This document shows positions 32,895 to 42,812 of a stretch of 64,000 bases of DNA, one piece after another. Each line of letters opens with the position of its first letter. Positions within the stretch are counted from its first letter, which is position 1. The translations under genes were made by a program, and so were the position numbers. The stretch comes from Nitrospirota bacterium (GTDB lineage Bacteria; Nitrospirota; Thermodesulfovibrionia; Thermodesulfovibrionales; Dissulfurispiraceae): assembly GCA_963790025.1 (NCBI GenBank), contig CAWBMP010000004.1, positions 1,600,001 through 1,664,000 on the forward strand, read 5' to 3'. The notes under the pieces are model-generated. The model did no database searches and had not been told where the DNA came from. It saw nothing but the letters and a program-made list of their open reading frames with translations.

Positions 32895-33728
32895 TTATTC
32901 GTGCAGCAGCAATTCAAGCAATCTGTCCAGTTCTTCCAGAGAATAGTATTCGATCTCTATTTTACCCCTCTGGTCCCTGTGCTGGATTCTCACTTTTGTT
33001 CCGAGTGACTGTATGAGCCTGTTTTCGAGATCTGCAACTTCCGGGAGTTTCTCCTTGTTCTTTTTTACTTTGAGTTGGGCAGGCCCGGACAATTTTTTGC
33101 TCAAGGCCTCAGTCGCCCGTACGCTCAATCCACTGCGTATAATTTCCCGCGCCGCTTCGATTTGCTTCTGTTTCCCTTCTATGGCAAGCAGTGCCTTGGC
33201 ATGCCCCATTGACAGACTGGATTCGTTAATGAGGGCCTTTATCTCATCAGGCAGCTTGAGGATGCGCAGATAATTGGCAACGGTCGCGCGGTCCTTGCCC
33301 ACACGCTGTGACAGGACCTCCTGTGTAAGATTAAAATCTCTTGAAAGGCGATTCAGGGCCTCGGCGGTCTCAATAGGGTTTAGATCTTCGCGCTGGATAT
33401 TTTCTATGAGGGCCATTTCTATAGCGTCCTCGGAAGACACCTCTTTTATAAGTGCCGGGATCTTTCTCAGGCCGGCCAGGTGCGCCGCACGCCATCTCCG
33501 CTCTCCGGCAATCAGCTTGAAGGTCCCGTCTCCCACCCGCGATACCAGCACCGGCTGGAGCACCCCTTTTTCCTTTATAGAAGCCGAAAGGTCTTGCAGC
33601 GCATCATCCCTGAAAATCTTTCTCGGCTGGTATTCATTGGCCAGGATTTTCTCAATATCAATTTTGATTACCTCATCGCCCTTTTCAGGCAGCAGCGCCT
33701 CAAGCCCCTTGCCTAGTGCCGTTTTCAT
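32895..33728 (-). CDS. parB: chromosome partitioning protein ParB
   Basis: ALGKGLEALL, QPRK.F, IAGERRWRA, IENIQREDLNPIE, HTH. Confidence 0.97.
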   Translation of the reverse strand: MKTALGKGLEALLPEKGDEVIKIDIEKILANEYQPRKIFRDDALQDLSASIKEKGVLQPVLVSRVGDGTFKLIAGERRWRAAHLAGLRKIPALIKEVSSEDAIEMALIENIQREDLNPIETAEALNRLSRDFNLTQEVLSQRVGKDRATVANYLRILKLPDEIKALINESSLSMGHAKALLAIEGKQKQIEAAREIIRSGLSVRATEALSKKLSGPAQLKVKKNKEKLPEVADLENRLIQSLGTKVRIQHRDQRGKIEIEYYSLEELDRLLELLLHE

Positions 33729-34479
33729 TCAACATCTCCTTTGCAAGCGCTAGGTAGCTCTGGGCCCCTTTTGAGCGTGCATCATAGAGTATCGCCGGCT
33801 TGCCGTGGCTCGGCGCCTCGCTTAGCGTAACGTTCCGGGGAATCAGAGTGTCATATACCTTATCGCTGAAAAATTTCCTCACTTCCTGAACAACCTGGTG
33901 AGAGAGGGTGTTTCTGGAGTCGAACATTGTAAGGAGTATCCCCTCGATATCGAGTTCAGGATTGAACGAACCGCGTATCAGTTTAAGCGTTCTTGAGAGC
34001 AAGCCGAGCCCTTCGAGGGAATAATACTCGCACTGTACGGGAACGAGCACGGAATCTGCGGCAACAAGACCATTAAGCGTCAGCAGGCCGAGAGAGGGAG
34101 GGCAGTCGATGAAGATATACCGGTACTTGTGCTTTATTTTTTCTATTTCAGCGGAAAGGATCCTTTCACGTCCCTCTTTTTGTACCAGTTCTATTTCAGC
34201 GCCGAGAAGGTCTATAGTAGATGGGACGATAAACAGGTGCGGCACCTCGGTCCCGATGATGACCTCTTCGAGCGGGACCTTGCCGGCATATACGTCGTAA
34301 AGGCTCTTTTCCAGGGCGTCCCGGTTAATGCCGAGCCCGCTTGTCAGGTTGCCCTGCGGGTCGGTGTCGATCACGAGAATATCTTTTTCGGCAAGGGCAA
34401 GAGAGGCCGACAAATTGATTGTTGTCGTCGTTTTCCCGACCCCCCCTTTTTGATTGGCTATTACAATTATTCTTCCCAT
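33700..34479 (-). CDS. parA: chromosome partitioning ATPase ParA/Soj
   Basis: NQKGGVGKTT, DTDPQGN, IDCPPSLG, IPRNV.LSEAPSHG. Confidence 0.97.
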   Translation of the reverse strand: MGRIIVIANQKGGVGKTTTTINLSASLALAEKDILVIDTDPQGNLTSGLGINRDALEKSLYDVYAGKVPLEEVIIGTEVPHLFIVPSTIDLLGAEIELVQKEGRERILSAEIEKIKHKYRYIFIDCPPSLGLLTLNGLVAADSVLVPVQCEYYSLEGLGLLSRTLKLIRGSFNPELDIEGILLTMFDSRNTLSHQVVQEVRKFFSDKVYDTLIPRNVTLSEAPSHGKPAILYDARSKGAQSYLALAKEMLNENGTRQGA

Positions 34480-34552
34480 AGAGTAATTATTGTATCATTT
34501 TTTTAAAGCATGAAGGATGAATTACTTTCTGTCTCTCCTGCCGGATACTTGC

Positions 34553-36334
34553 CTATTGCTGTACTTGCTTCATAAAATCCAGCCATATGGGCAGCGCAGC
34601 CTGCGCACCGGTCTCCTTGCGCCCTATAGGTTTGTGGTTGTCCCGGCCCACCCATACGCCGACAACGAGCTTGTCGTCGAATCCTATGAACCACGCATCG
34701 GAGAACTCGTTAGTCGTGCCTGTCTTGCCGTAAACCATCCTGTTAAGCTCTTTTGCTTTAACGGCGGTGCCCGATTCGACGACAGCACGCAGGAGCTCTT
34801 TCATTTTGTCCATGGTCTCCTGGGGAAGCACTTCCTCCGAGGAGGGGTGCACCTCCTCGAGAGGGACACCATCCCTGTTCAGTATCCTGGTATACGTCCT
34901 GGTGTCGGTCCTTCTGCCGGTCGCAAATACTCCATAGGCAGAGGTCAAATCCAGCAGTGTCACATCGGAAGCACCGAGGGCTATCGGCAAATAGGGCTGG
35001 AGAGTGCTTCTAATCCCGCAGCGCCTGGCAAGCGCTATTATTTTCTGGATACCAATATCATGTGCGAGGCGTACTGTGGCAGAGTTTAACGAAAGGGCGA
35101 TTGCTGTTTTCAAGGGAACGTAACCGTGGAACCGGTTATCATAATTTTTGGGTGACCAAGTGGAGTCAGGCGTTGCTCCGGGAAAGGAAATGGGTTCATC
35201 AAGGATTTCATCATCCGTAGACATCCCTGTTTCGAGGGCAGTTGCATAAACGAACGGTTTGAATGCTGAGCCGGGCTGTCGCAGGGCGAGGGTTGCCCTG
35301 TTGAACTGTGTTTCCCAGAAATCAGTGCCGCCAACCAGCGCTTTTATGTCTCCGTCACGCGGATCTATGACTATCAAGGCAGCCTGGACCCCGGGTTTTA
35401 CACGTTTTTCTGCAAGGGCAATGCCGTCCTTCACGGCATCTTCAGCGATCTTTTGCAGGGAGTAGTCGATGGTAGAGTATATCCTGAGACCCGAAGTATA
35501 AAGTTTATCGCCGTATCGTGCTTCGAGCTGTTGTCTCACGGTCTCAACAAAATAGGGGGCCTCGTATTTTCTGTGGTGGGGTGCAGTGGGCAGCGGCTCT
35601 TCGTTGGCCAGGCGGTATTCCTCCGTGGATATGAAGCCGTTTTCAAGCATCTTTCTTAAAACGAGCTGTCTCCGAAGCGACGTTTTTTCGGAGTTTTTGA
35701 ATGGGGAGTATGTTGCAGGAGCACGCTGCAATCCCGCAAGCATTGCGGCTTCGGCAATTGTCACATCACTTATGGGCTTGCCGAAATAAGTCTGGGTAGC
35801 GGCCTCTATGCCGTATGCACGCGCCCCGAAATATGCCTTGTTTAGATACATACCAAGTATCTCGTCTTTGGTATAACGTTTTTCGATCTGCACCGAAATG
35901 ACGGCCTCTTTTATTTTTCGCGCAAGGCTCCTTTCCGGATTGAGGAAGAGCATCTTGGTCAATTGCTGGGTGATGGTGCTTCCGCCTTCGACAATGCTCT
36001 TTGCCATAATGTCCCTGTAGAGCGCGCGGAGGATCCCTATCAAATCTACGCCGGGGTGGGAGTAAAACCGCTGGTCTTCTATCGCGATGAAGGCTTTTTT
36101 TACGATGCCGGGGATATCGTAATGCTGGATGAAGTTTCTTCTCTCCAGATAGAATTCAGCCAGCACTTTACCGTCGGCGGAATAGACGAACGAAGACTCC
36201 ATTGGGGTGTATCTCTCAAGGGACCTGACTTCAGGCAGATCCGAAAGGCCCCAATAGACAAAGCCGCCAAATGCACCGAGGGTCATTGAAAGCAGGGCGA
36301 CTACAATAAACCTTTGCCACTTAAAAGACGACAT
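34553..36334 (-). CDS. class A penicillin-binding protein (PBP1A family)
   Basis: Transglycosylase motifs EDQRFYSH, GGSTITQQL, RKIKE; transpeptidase motifs SAFK, SLN, KTG. Confidence 0.95.
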   Translation of the reverse strand: MSSFKWQRFIVVALLSMTLGAFGGFVYWGLSDLPEVRSLERYTPMESSFVYSADGKVLAEFYLERRNFIQHYDIPGIVKKAFIAIEDQRFYSHPGVDLIGILRALYRDIMAKSIVEGGSTITQQLTKMLFLNPERSLARKIKEAVISVQIEKRYTKDEILGMYLNKAYFGARAYGIEAATQTYFGKPISDVTIAEAAMLAGLQRAPATYSPFKNSEKTSLRRQLVLRKMLENGFISTEEYRLANEEPLPTAPHHRKYEAPYFVETVRQQLEARYGDKLYTSGLRIYSTIDYSLQKIAEDAVKDGIALAEKRVKPGVQAALIVIDPRDGDIKALVGGTDFWETQFNRATLALRQPGSAFKPFVYATALETGMSTDDEILDEPISFPGATPDSTWSPKNYDNRFHGYVPLKTAIALSLNSATVRLAHDIGIQKIIALARRCGIRSTLQPYLPIALGASDVTLLDLTSAYGVFATGRRTDTRTYTRILNRDGVPLEEVHPSSEEVLPQETMDKMKELLRAVVESGTAVKAKELNRMVYGKTGTTNEFSDAWFIGFDDKLVVGVWVGRDNHKPIGRKETGAQAALPIWLDFMKQVQQ

Positions 36335-36423
36335 ACTATAAATGTATTATAACAGCAAAGCAACAAAACATGAGAAATCATATCGGGAATAGCTGATAAC
36401 TGTCAGGACATCACAGCATATTC

Positions 36424-36452
36424 TTGACAAACGTCCTTCATTGTTTTAGTCT
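36424..36452 (+). promoter_or_regulatory. sigma70-type promoter upstream of the REC-LpxC gene
   Basis: TTGACA-N17-TAGTCT. Confidence 0.55.
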
Positions 36453-36494
36453 ATCCTGACTTCAGACCGAGAGGAACATCAGGCATAACCGTAT

Positions 36495-37841
36495 ATGAAC
36501 CCTATCTTTATAGTAGACGACGAGTCTTCCATCTGTTCCACCATAGCGGACATCCTGAATGACGAGGGGTATCAGACCATCGTATTTCCGGATGCTGAGA
36601 CTGAGAGCCTGTGGCAGAGGCTCGACGCCATGGAACCCTCTCTCGTCCTGTTGGATGTCTGGCTCCCGGGCATGGACGGCATGCAAATCCTGAAACGTCT
36701 GCATGAACGCTTCCCCGAGCTCCCCGTTATCATGATGAGCGGTCATGCCGGTATCGAGGCGGCAGTTGCCGCCATAAAGGCCGGCGCCTACGATTTCCTG
36801 GAAAAACCCCTTCATCTGGAAGTTTTACTCGACAAGGTGGCGTCCGCCCTTAAGCACCGGCCATCCAGGAGCGGTGTGACCCTGCCCTCGGATACCGGGC
36901 TTGAGATCGTCAGTGCCGACCTCCCGATGCAGGCGGGGCTGGCGGAAGTGGTGGATTCCTCTGTGCCTCAGCGCACGCTCAGAAGAAATGTACTCCTGAA
37001 CGGGATAGGGCTCCTGAGCGGCCGGAACACCGGCGTCATTTTGAGCCCTCTCGGGACCAACGAAGGGATCATCTTTCAAACTCTCGACGGTAATACCATT
37101 CGTGGACATATCACCTCCCTTGAGGATTTTTCCCGGACTGCATCACCGAAAACCTTCTTTGCCAACTCTACGACCCTGGACAACGGCAGGCAGCGGGTGC
37201 GCACAGTTGAACATCTGATGGCAGTTCTTTCCATGTACGGTATAACCAACGTGCTCATAAAGACTGAAGCGGAGATACCGAATATAGACGGCTCCGCCAA
37301 GGATTTCTGCGACCTCATTGAAGAGGCAGGGATAGAGGAACAGCCCGCCTTAACCAGGGTTGCGGTCATTCGCGGGAAGATCGGAGTGGGTCACGAGGAG
37401 ACGCACGAAAAATATCTCTATGCGGAGCCCTTTGAGGGGTTCGAAATATCAATGAGGGTTGAATATCCGCTGCCCATAGGCGAACAGATACTCACATTCA
37501 ATCCTGAAAGCGGGTCTTTTGCAGAGGAGATAGCCCCTGCCCGCTCCTTCAACACCTTTGAGAATATCGAAATGGCCCAGAAGCTTGGAAAGGTCGGAGG
37601 CGGATATCTTCATTCCCACATCATCATGTACGACGGCAAGGTCATCAATACGGAGCTTCGTTATCCCGACGAATTCGTCCGCCACAAGATATTGGACCTG
37701 ATCGGAGACCTCTATCTCCTCGGCCTGCCCATCAGAGGACGCATTATTGCCAACATGACCTCACATGGATACAATCATGCCCTGGTGGAACGCCTGTACC
37801 ATGCTGTGCAGAGCAGCGCCAAAAGCAGGCAGACCGGGTAG
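36495..37841 (+). CDS. lpxC: response-regulator receiver domain fused to UDP-3-O-acyl-GlcNAc deacetylase
   Basis: REC motifs IVDDE, LLDVWLPGMDG, MSGH, FLEKP; LpxC motifs QRTL, TVEHLMA, EIPNIDGSA, EIAPARSF, RHKILDLIGD, SHGYN. Confidence 0.9.
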   Translation: MNPIFIVDDESSICSTIADILNDEGYQTIVFPDAETESLWQRLDAMEPSLVLLDVWLPGMDGMQILKRLHERFPELPVIMMSGHAGIEAAVAAIKAGAYDFLEKPLHLEVLLDKVASALKHRPSRSGVTLPSDTGLEIVSADLPMQAGLAEVVDSSVPQRTLRRNVLLNGIGLLSGRNTGVILSPLGTNEGIIFQTLDGNTIRGHITSLEDFSRTASPKTFFANSTTLDNGRQRVRTVEHLMAVLSMYGITNVLIKTEAEIPNIDGSAKDFCDLIEEAGIEEQPALTRVAVIRGKIGVGHEETHEKYLYAEPFEGFEISMRVEYPLPIGEQILTFNPESGSFAEEIAPARSFNTFENIEMAQKLGKVGGGYLHSHIIMYDGKVINTELRYPDEFVRHKILDLIGDLYLLGLPIRGRIIANMTSHGYNHALVERLYHAVQSSAKSRQTG

Positions 37842-37916
37842 GGCCGGGCGAAACCCTCTCCCCTCCGACGTGCAAATTGGGTTCTCTACTGCGCTGATAT
37901 ATTGATATGATATAGT

Positions 37917-39686
37917 ATGCGTATGGTTGCAGAACTTTCAAATGTCCCGCGAAGGCCGGGTGTATATATTTTCAAAGGGCAGAGGGAGAAGATCCTTTAT
38001 GTCGGCAAGGCAAAAAACCTGAGAAACCGTTTGCGAAGCTATTTCCAGGGATCTGCCAACCTCGACCCCCGTAAAACGGCAATGGTGAGGCTGATTAAAG
38101 ATTTTTCCTATATCGTTACAGACAACGAACTCGAAGCGCTCATTCTTGAGGCAAGCCTTATCAAACAACATAAACCGAATTTCAATATTATCCTGAGGGA
38201 TGACAAGAATTATCCGTATATCAAATTGACTATGACCGAAGAGTGGCCGAGAGTCGATGTTGTGCGGGGAATAAAACGGGACGGAAACCTTTATTTCGGA
38301 CCGTATATACCTGCACAGGCGATGTGGGAGGCCCTGGCCTTTATCAGAAGAAATTTTCCTATCAGGCCCTGCAACTACTCTCTTGACAGGTCGTTGCGGC
38401 CCTGTATTCAGTACGATATGAAAAAATGTCCGGCGCCGTGTGCGGGAAAAATCAGTAAAGAGGAGTACATGGGCGTTGTAGAGGACGTGAAGCTTTTCCT
38501 CTCGGGCGAGAAAAAGGAGTTATTGCAAAATCTGGAGAACAAAATGTATGTTTACTCCGGCCAGATGCGCTACGAGGAGGCCGCCCAGGTAAGGGACAGC
38601 ATCGGCAGGCTGCAGCGTGCCTTTGAATCTCAGAAAGTCATAGCTCCGGAACTCGGGGACCACGATATTATCGGCTTCTGCCGTGATGGTGATATGGCAG
38701 CAATAAATATCCTGTTTCTGAGAAAGGGAATTTTAATCGGCTCAAAGGACTTTTTCCTTGAAAAAGTGCTCGAGTCAAAAGAGCAGGAGATAATGAAGAG
38801 CGTGATAGAGCTGTTTTACGCGAAGGACATTATTCCACCTCCGAGTATTCTGGTCGGTGTTCTGCCTGTTGACAGGGAGTCTTTGAAGACCTGGCTCAGG
38901 GATAAACGGGATGGGAACGTCAATATAGAGGTGCCCCGGCGCGGCAAAAAGCGCGACCTGCTGAAGATGTCTGATGAAAACGCAAGGTTCCACCTTGAGG
39001 TCAAAAGAAAATCGGCAGGTGGTGACAGCATGGCAAAATTGCGGGAGAAATTGTTCCTCGCGCAGGAGCCTGTATCAATCGGGGCTTTTGATGTTTCTAC
39101 CATCCAGGGCAGTGAATCGGTGGGCGCTTTTATTTTCTGGGAGCATGGTGCATTCAAAAAAGCACTTTACAGACATCTCAGGATAAAAGAAACTCAGGGC
39201 GTGGATGACTATGCCATGATTAGAGAGATTGTCCTACGGACTCTGAAAAACCTGGACGACAAGGCGCCTGACCTTATCGTCATTGATGGTGGAAAAGGAC
39301 AGCTCGATGTCGCGCGTAAGGCCATGGAAGAGACCGGCGTTATGAAAGACATTATCGGTATTGCAAAAGAACCTGACAGGGCCTTTCTCGTGAACGGCGG
39401 GATTGTCGACCTGGAAGATAAAAACAAGGAATCATTACTGCTCAAAAAAATCAGGGATGAAGTCCACAGGTTTGCCATCACCTTCCACAGGAAATTAAGG
39501 GACAAGAAGCTCCTGGATTCGCCGCTTACACGGATTCCCGGCATAGGCAAAAAGCGGAGGCTCGAACTCCTGAGACGTTTCGGCAGCCTCGATGGGATCA
39601 GATACGCGACTACCGACGACATCCTGACTATCAAAGGGTTCAACAGGAAAATTGCCGAACGGCTCAAAGAAGAACTGAGGAGGTAG
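37917..39686 (+). CDS. uvrC: excinuclease ABC subunit C
   Basis: PGVY..YVGKAKNLR.RLRSYF, DDKNYPY, IDGGKGQ, RDEVHRFA, HhH motif PGIG. Confidence 0.98.
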   Translation: MRMVAELSNVPRRPGVYIFKGQREKILYVGKAKNLRNRLRSYFQGSANLDPRKTAMVRLIKDFSYIVTDNELEALILEASLIKQHKPNFNIILRDDKNYPYIKLTMTEEWPRVDVVRGIKRDGNLYFGPYIPAQAMWEALAFIRRNFPIRPCNYSLDRSLRPCIQYDMKKCPAPCAGKISKEEYMGVVEDVKLFLSGEKKELLQNLENKMYVYSGQMRYEEAAQVRDSIGRLQRAFESQKVIAPELGDHDIIGFCRDGDMAAINILFLRKGILIGSKDFFLEKVLESKEQEIMKSVIELFYAKDIIPPPSILVGVLPVDRESLKTWLRDKRDGNVNIEVPRRGKKRDLLKMSDENARFHLEVKRKSAGGDSMAKLREKLFLAQEPVSIGAFDVSTIQGSESVGAFIFWEHGAFKKALYRHLRIKETQGVDDYAMIREIVLRTLKNLDDKAPDLIVIDGGKGQLDVARKAMEETGVMKDIIGIAKEPDRAFLVNGGIVDLEDKNKESLLLKKIRDEVHRFAITFHRKLRDKKLLDSPLTRIPGIGKKRRLELLRRFGSLDGIRYATTDDILTIKGFNRKIAERLKEELRR

Positions 39687-39687
39687 T

Positions 39688-40620
39688 ATGAATATTTATA
39701 TTTCAGGTTCGCTCGCATATGACCGGATTATGGATTTCCCCGGAAAATTTTCCGACCACATCCTGCCCGATAAAATTCACATCCTCAATGTCTGTTTTAC
39801 TGTTAACGGTATGATAGAAAAGTTTGGGGGAACTGCAGGCAACATCGCTTACTCTTTGAGCCTGCTTAATGAAAAGCCGCGCATTCTCGCTACTATCGGC
39901 AAGGATTACAGCAGCTATTTCGAATGGCTGCAGAACAATAAGATTTCAGTGGAAGGAATAAAGGTCATACCTGAAGAGTTTACCGCAGGGGCTTATATAA
40001 CGACGGACCGGTCCGACAACCAGATAACGGGATTCAACCCCGGCGCTATGAAATACCCGTCGGGATATGATTTTAGCAGCGCAGAACCGGACGATTCCAT
40101 CGGCTTGATAGCACCGGGGAATCTGGCCGATATGATAGAGTATGCGAAGGCGTATAGACAAAGAGGAATACGGTATATTTGCGATCCGGGACAGTCGCTC
40201 ACAGCATGGGACGGCAAAGAGTTCATTGAGTGGGTCAGAGGATCGATGCTCCTGATTTCCAATGACTATGAGCTCGAAATGATAATGAACATGACCGGCA
40301 TGGACAAGAAGGCGCTGTTGAAATTGACAGGGGCCGTTATCACGACAATTGGCGAGAAGGGGTCTATTATCAGCACGCCGGCAGGCGACATAAGTGTGCC
40401 TGCGGCAAAAGTTGATTCCATTGTGGACCCGACTGGTGCAGGAGACGCTTACAGGGCCGGCCTTTTAAAAGGTCTCGTCACGGGTAAGGACCTTGATGCA
40501 GCGGCGAAGATCGGCGCCGTAACAGCCTCATATGCTGTCGAGAAATATGGTACGCAAGAGCATTACTATACCTATGATGATTTTGTCGAGCGGTACACGA
40601 GCAATTTCGGGAAACTGTAG
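39688..40620 (+). CDS. PfkB-family carbohydrate/nucleoside kinase
   Basis: SGSLAYD, GGTAGNIAY, DPGQ, DPTGAGDAYRAG. Confidence 0.92.
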   Translation: MNIYISGSLAYDRIMDFPGKFSDHILPDKIHILNVCFTVNGMIEKFGGTAGNIAYSLSLLNEKPRILATIGKDYSSYFEWLQNNKISVEGIKVIPEEFTAGAYITTDRSDNQITGFNPGAMKYPSGYDFSSAEPDDSIGLIAPGNLADMIEYAKAYRQRGIRYICDPGQSLTAWDGKEFIEWVRGSMLLISNDYELEMIMNMTGMDKKALLKLTGAVITTIGEKGSIISTPAGDISVPAAKVDSIVDPTGAGDAYRAGLLKGLVTGKDLDAAAKIGAVTASYAVEKYGTQEHYYTYDDFVERYTSNFGKL

Positions 40621-40622
40621 AG

Positions 40623-40684
40623 AGTGTAATGAAGGATGTATCTCTGAAGCGTCTGAGCGTAAGAGATACATCCTTCATTACACT
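40623..40684. repeat. perfect 23-bp inverted repeat with 16-nt spacer
   Basis: AGTGTAATGAAGGATGTATCTCT (40623-40645) and AGAGATACATCCTTCATTACACT (40662-40684); no U-tract. Confidence 0.9.
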
Positions 40685-40723
40685 GCGATGGAAATGAAAG
40701 GGTGGTGTTTAAGAGGGTCTGCC

Positions 40724-41791
40724 ATGATCAATGAGGATGCGCTGAGGGCCTATCTTTTTAAAGAATTCAGTAATGCCGTTGCCGTGGACATCAGAAAACT
40801 CGGCTCCGGGGTGCAGGGCTCAGGCTTCCTGATAGAAGTGAAGATGCCCTCGGGGGTAAAGTCGTATGTAATAAAAACGCTTTTGTCCGAAGGTTTGGGG
40901 CATGACTATCCTTCCGACAGGGCTGCGGTATTTCTTCTCGACCTGGATGAATACAAAAACCTTCCGAGGCATGTTGTTGCAATAGATGTTCTTGCGGAGC
41001 ATGAGAACGGTTCCATACAATCAATAGGCGGAGGCAAAGAATACTATCTGCTGATGGAAAAGGTGGAGGGGGTTGACTATTTTGCCGATCTCGCCGGCTT
41101 TGAGGCCAAAGACCGGCTGAATGCCCTGGATATCGCCAAGATCAAATCTATGACTGCCTATCTTGCATCCATTCATTCCGTAAAAAAAGACGCACGGCAG
41201 CTTTATTGGAGAAAGATAAGAGACACTATCGGGCATGGAGAATGTCTGATGGGTGTGTTCGATACCTATCCTGATGGAGTTACGAGCTATGAAGAAATGG
41301 CCGAAGTGGAGAAGCTATGCATCGAGTGGAGGGCACGGCTGAAGCCCAAAGCATACCGGCTTTGCCAGATACATGGGGACTTTCATCCTGGGAATATATG
41401 GTTTAAAGATAGCAAAGGGCAAAGGGCTGTAGTCGAAAGCGATTTTGTGCTCCTGGACAGGAGCCGCGGTCCGTGGGGAGAAGCTGCCGATGATGTTACG
41501 GCACTAACAATAAATTACATCTTTTTTTCCCTGCGCGTTCACGGGAAAGTAACGGGGCCTTATCTGGAGGCCCTGCACCTGTTTTTCGATGAGTACCTGG
41601 CAGAGACCGGCGATCACGATCTGTTTGAAGTGCTGGCTCCCTTTTATGCGTTCAGGGGTGTGGTTGTTGCAAACCCGCTCTTTTACCCCGGTAACACCCA
41701 TGCAGTGCAGAGGAAACTTTTTGCATTCGTGCGGAACGTCTTGCTGGCCGACCGCTTCGAAATCGAAAAGATCAATAAGTATGTTGAATGA
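40724..41791 (+). CDS. aminoglycoside-phosphotransferase/kinase-like protein
   Basis: Likely start MINEDAL at 40724; HGDFHPGNI and LLD motifs. Confidence 0.85.
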   Translation: MINEDALRAYLFKEFSNAVAVDIRKLGSGVQGSGFLIEVKMPSGVKSYVIKTLLSEGLGHDYPSDRAAVFLLDLDEYKNLPRHVVAIDVLAEHENGSIQSIGGGKEYYLLMEKVEGVDYFADLAGFEAKDRLNALDIAKIKSMTAYLASIHSVKKDARQLYWRKIRDTIGHGECLMGVFDTYPDGVTSYEEMAEVEKLCIEWRARLKPKAYRLCQIHGDFHPGNIWFKDSKGQRAVVESDFVLLDRSRGPWGEAADDVTALTINYIFFSLRVHGKVTGPYLEALHLFFDEYLAETGDHDLFEVLAPFYAFRGVVVANPLFYPGNTHAVQRKLFAFVRNVLLADRFEIEKINKYVE

Positions 41792-41809
41792 GCTGAAGAG
41801 TTGACGGTA

Positions 41810-42787
41810 TCATTCGAGGAACGGACACAGGAGAAGCCCTCCTTTAGACTGGTCTGCGTTGAGGCCACGGTCTAGTTTGAGCTGGGAGCCTTCGCCCAGA
41901 TGTCGTTCGAAAATGTCGGCATAATTGCCTATAGCCGCAAGAACGCGGCCTTGCCACCCCTTGTCGAGACCCAACTCCGGGGCTGTGATAGGCATTGCCC
42001 GTGAGCTGCCTGCATACCACCGTGTTTCATGCCTCTCAGAACTGATCAGTGTGATCACTGTCCATGAGACGATTGCGGACCATTGTGCGTCGCTGGTCCC
42101 TGTCGCGGCTATGACCGGGAAGACTGAGAGCGGCTCGGACAGGATACGGCCGGCCGGATGGTTTTCTCCCGCATTAAGACGGGCAGCGGCGAGATTAGTG
42201 ATCTCACCTGCGATTGCACGGCAGCGCTGCACGTTGTAGGCATCATTCATCTCTCCGACTTCGGAGAATGGGAGGGGCAGCCAGCTCTTTTGGAATGTGT
42301 CGAAGTAAGCGCTGAGGCTTCGTTCCGTCAGACTTCCGATCAAAAAGCATATGGTGCTCCCTGCAAGGTCGCCAACATGGAGCACAGCCGAGTTTGATGG
42401 AACCATTACGTTATGAGACTCCACAAAAATAGTGGGGCCTGGCACTATCTTGCCTGCCAGCTCCTGTTCGTCGATCTCCGAACCTGTGAGAAAATATACA
42501 TCGTCCTGCAGGGTGCGTACAGCATCAAATTGCTTCGGCGTCTCATATTCGTGGTATTCAATGAGACCGGGTGAGCCAAGCACGGCGGCTGCAATCCCAC
42601 GGCACACGTCGACATTGAGGCCTGTCCAACGCCCCTGGCCGTCAGTATCGGCAAGACCCGGTCGTCTGGTGCTGCCACAGCGAACAAAGCCCCGCGCCTT
42701 CACGCGATCTGCTACAGAACCCGCCACGGACGCAGTGATCGAGCAACAGACCAAGAGTATAACAAGCAAGACTGATAATAAACGCAT
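41810..42787 (-). CDS. amino-acid ABC transporter substrate-binding protein (AapJ/BztA-like), no adjacent permease
   Basis: Start MRLLSV at 42787 (AGGAG RBS, signal peptide); RG.VRCG, GLNVDVCRGIAAAVLG, GNYADIFERHLG..S.L.L.RGLN. Confidence 0.8.
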   Translation of the reverse strand: MRLLSVLLVILLVCCSITASVAGSVADRVKARGFVRCGSTRRPGLADTDGQGRWTGLNVDVCRGIAAAVLGSPGLIEYHEYETPKQFDAVRTLQDDVYFLTGSEIDEQELAGKIVPGPTIFVESHNVMVPSNSAVLHVGDLAGSTICFLIGSLTERSLSAYFDTFQKSWLPLPFSEVGEMNDAYNVQRCRAIAGEITNLAAARLNAGENHPAGRILSEPLSVFPVIAATGTSDAQWSAIVSWTVITLISSERHETRWYAGSSRAMPITAPELGLDKGWQGRVLAAIGNYADIFERHLGEGSQLKLDRGLNADQSKGGLLLCPFLE

Positions 42788-42812
42788 AACAAGCTCCTGT
42801 TGTTCTACACCT

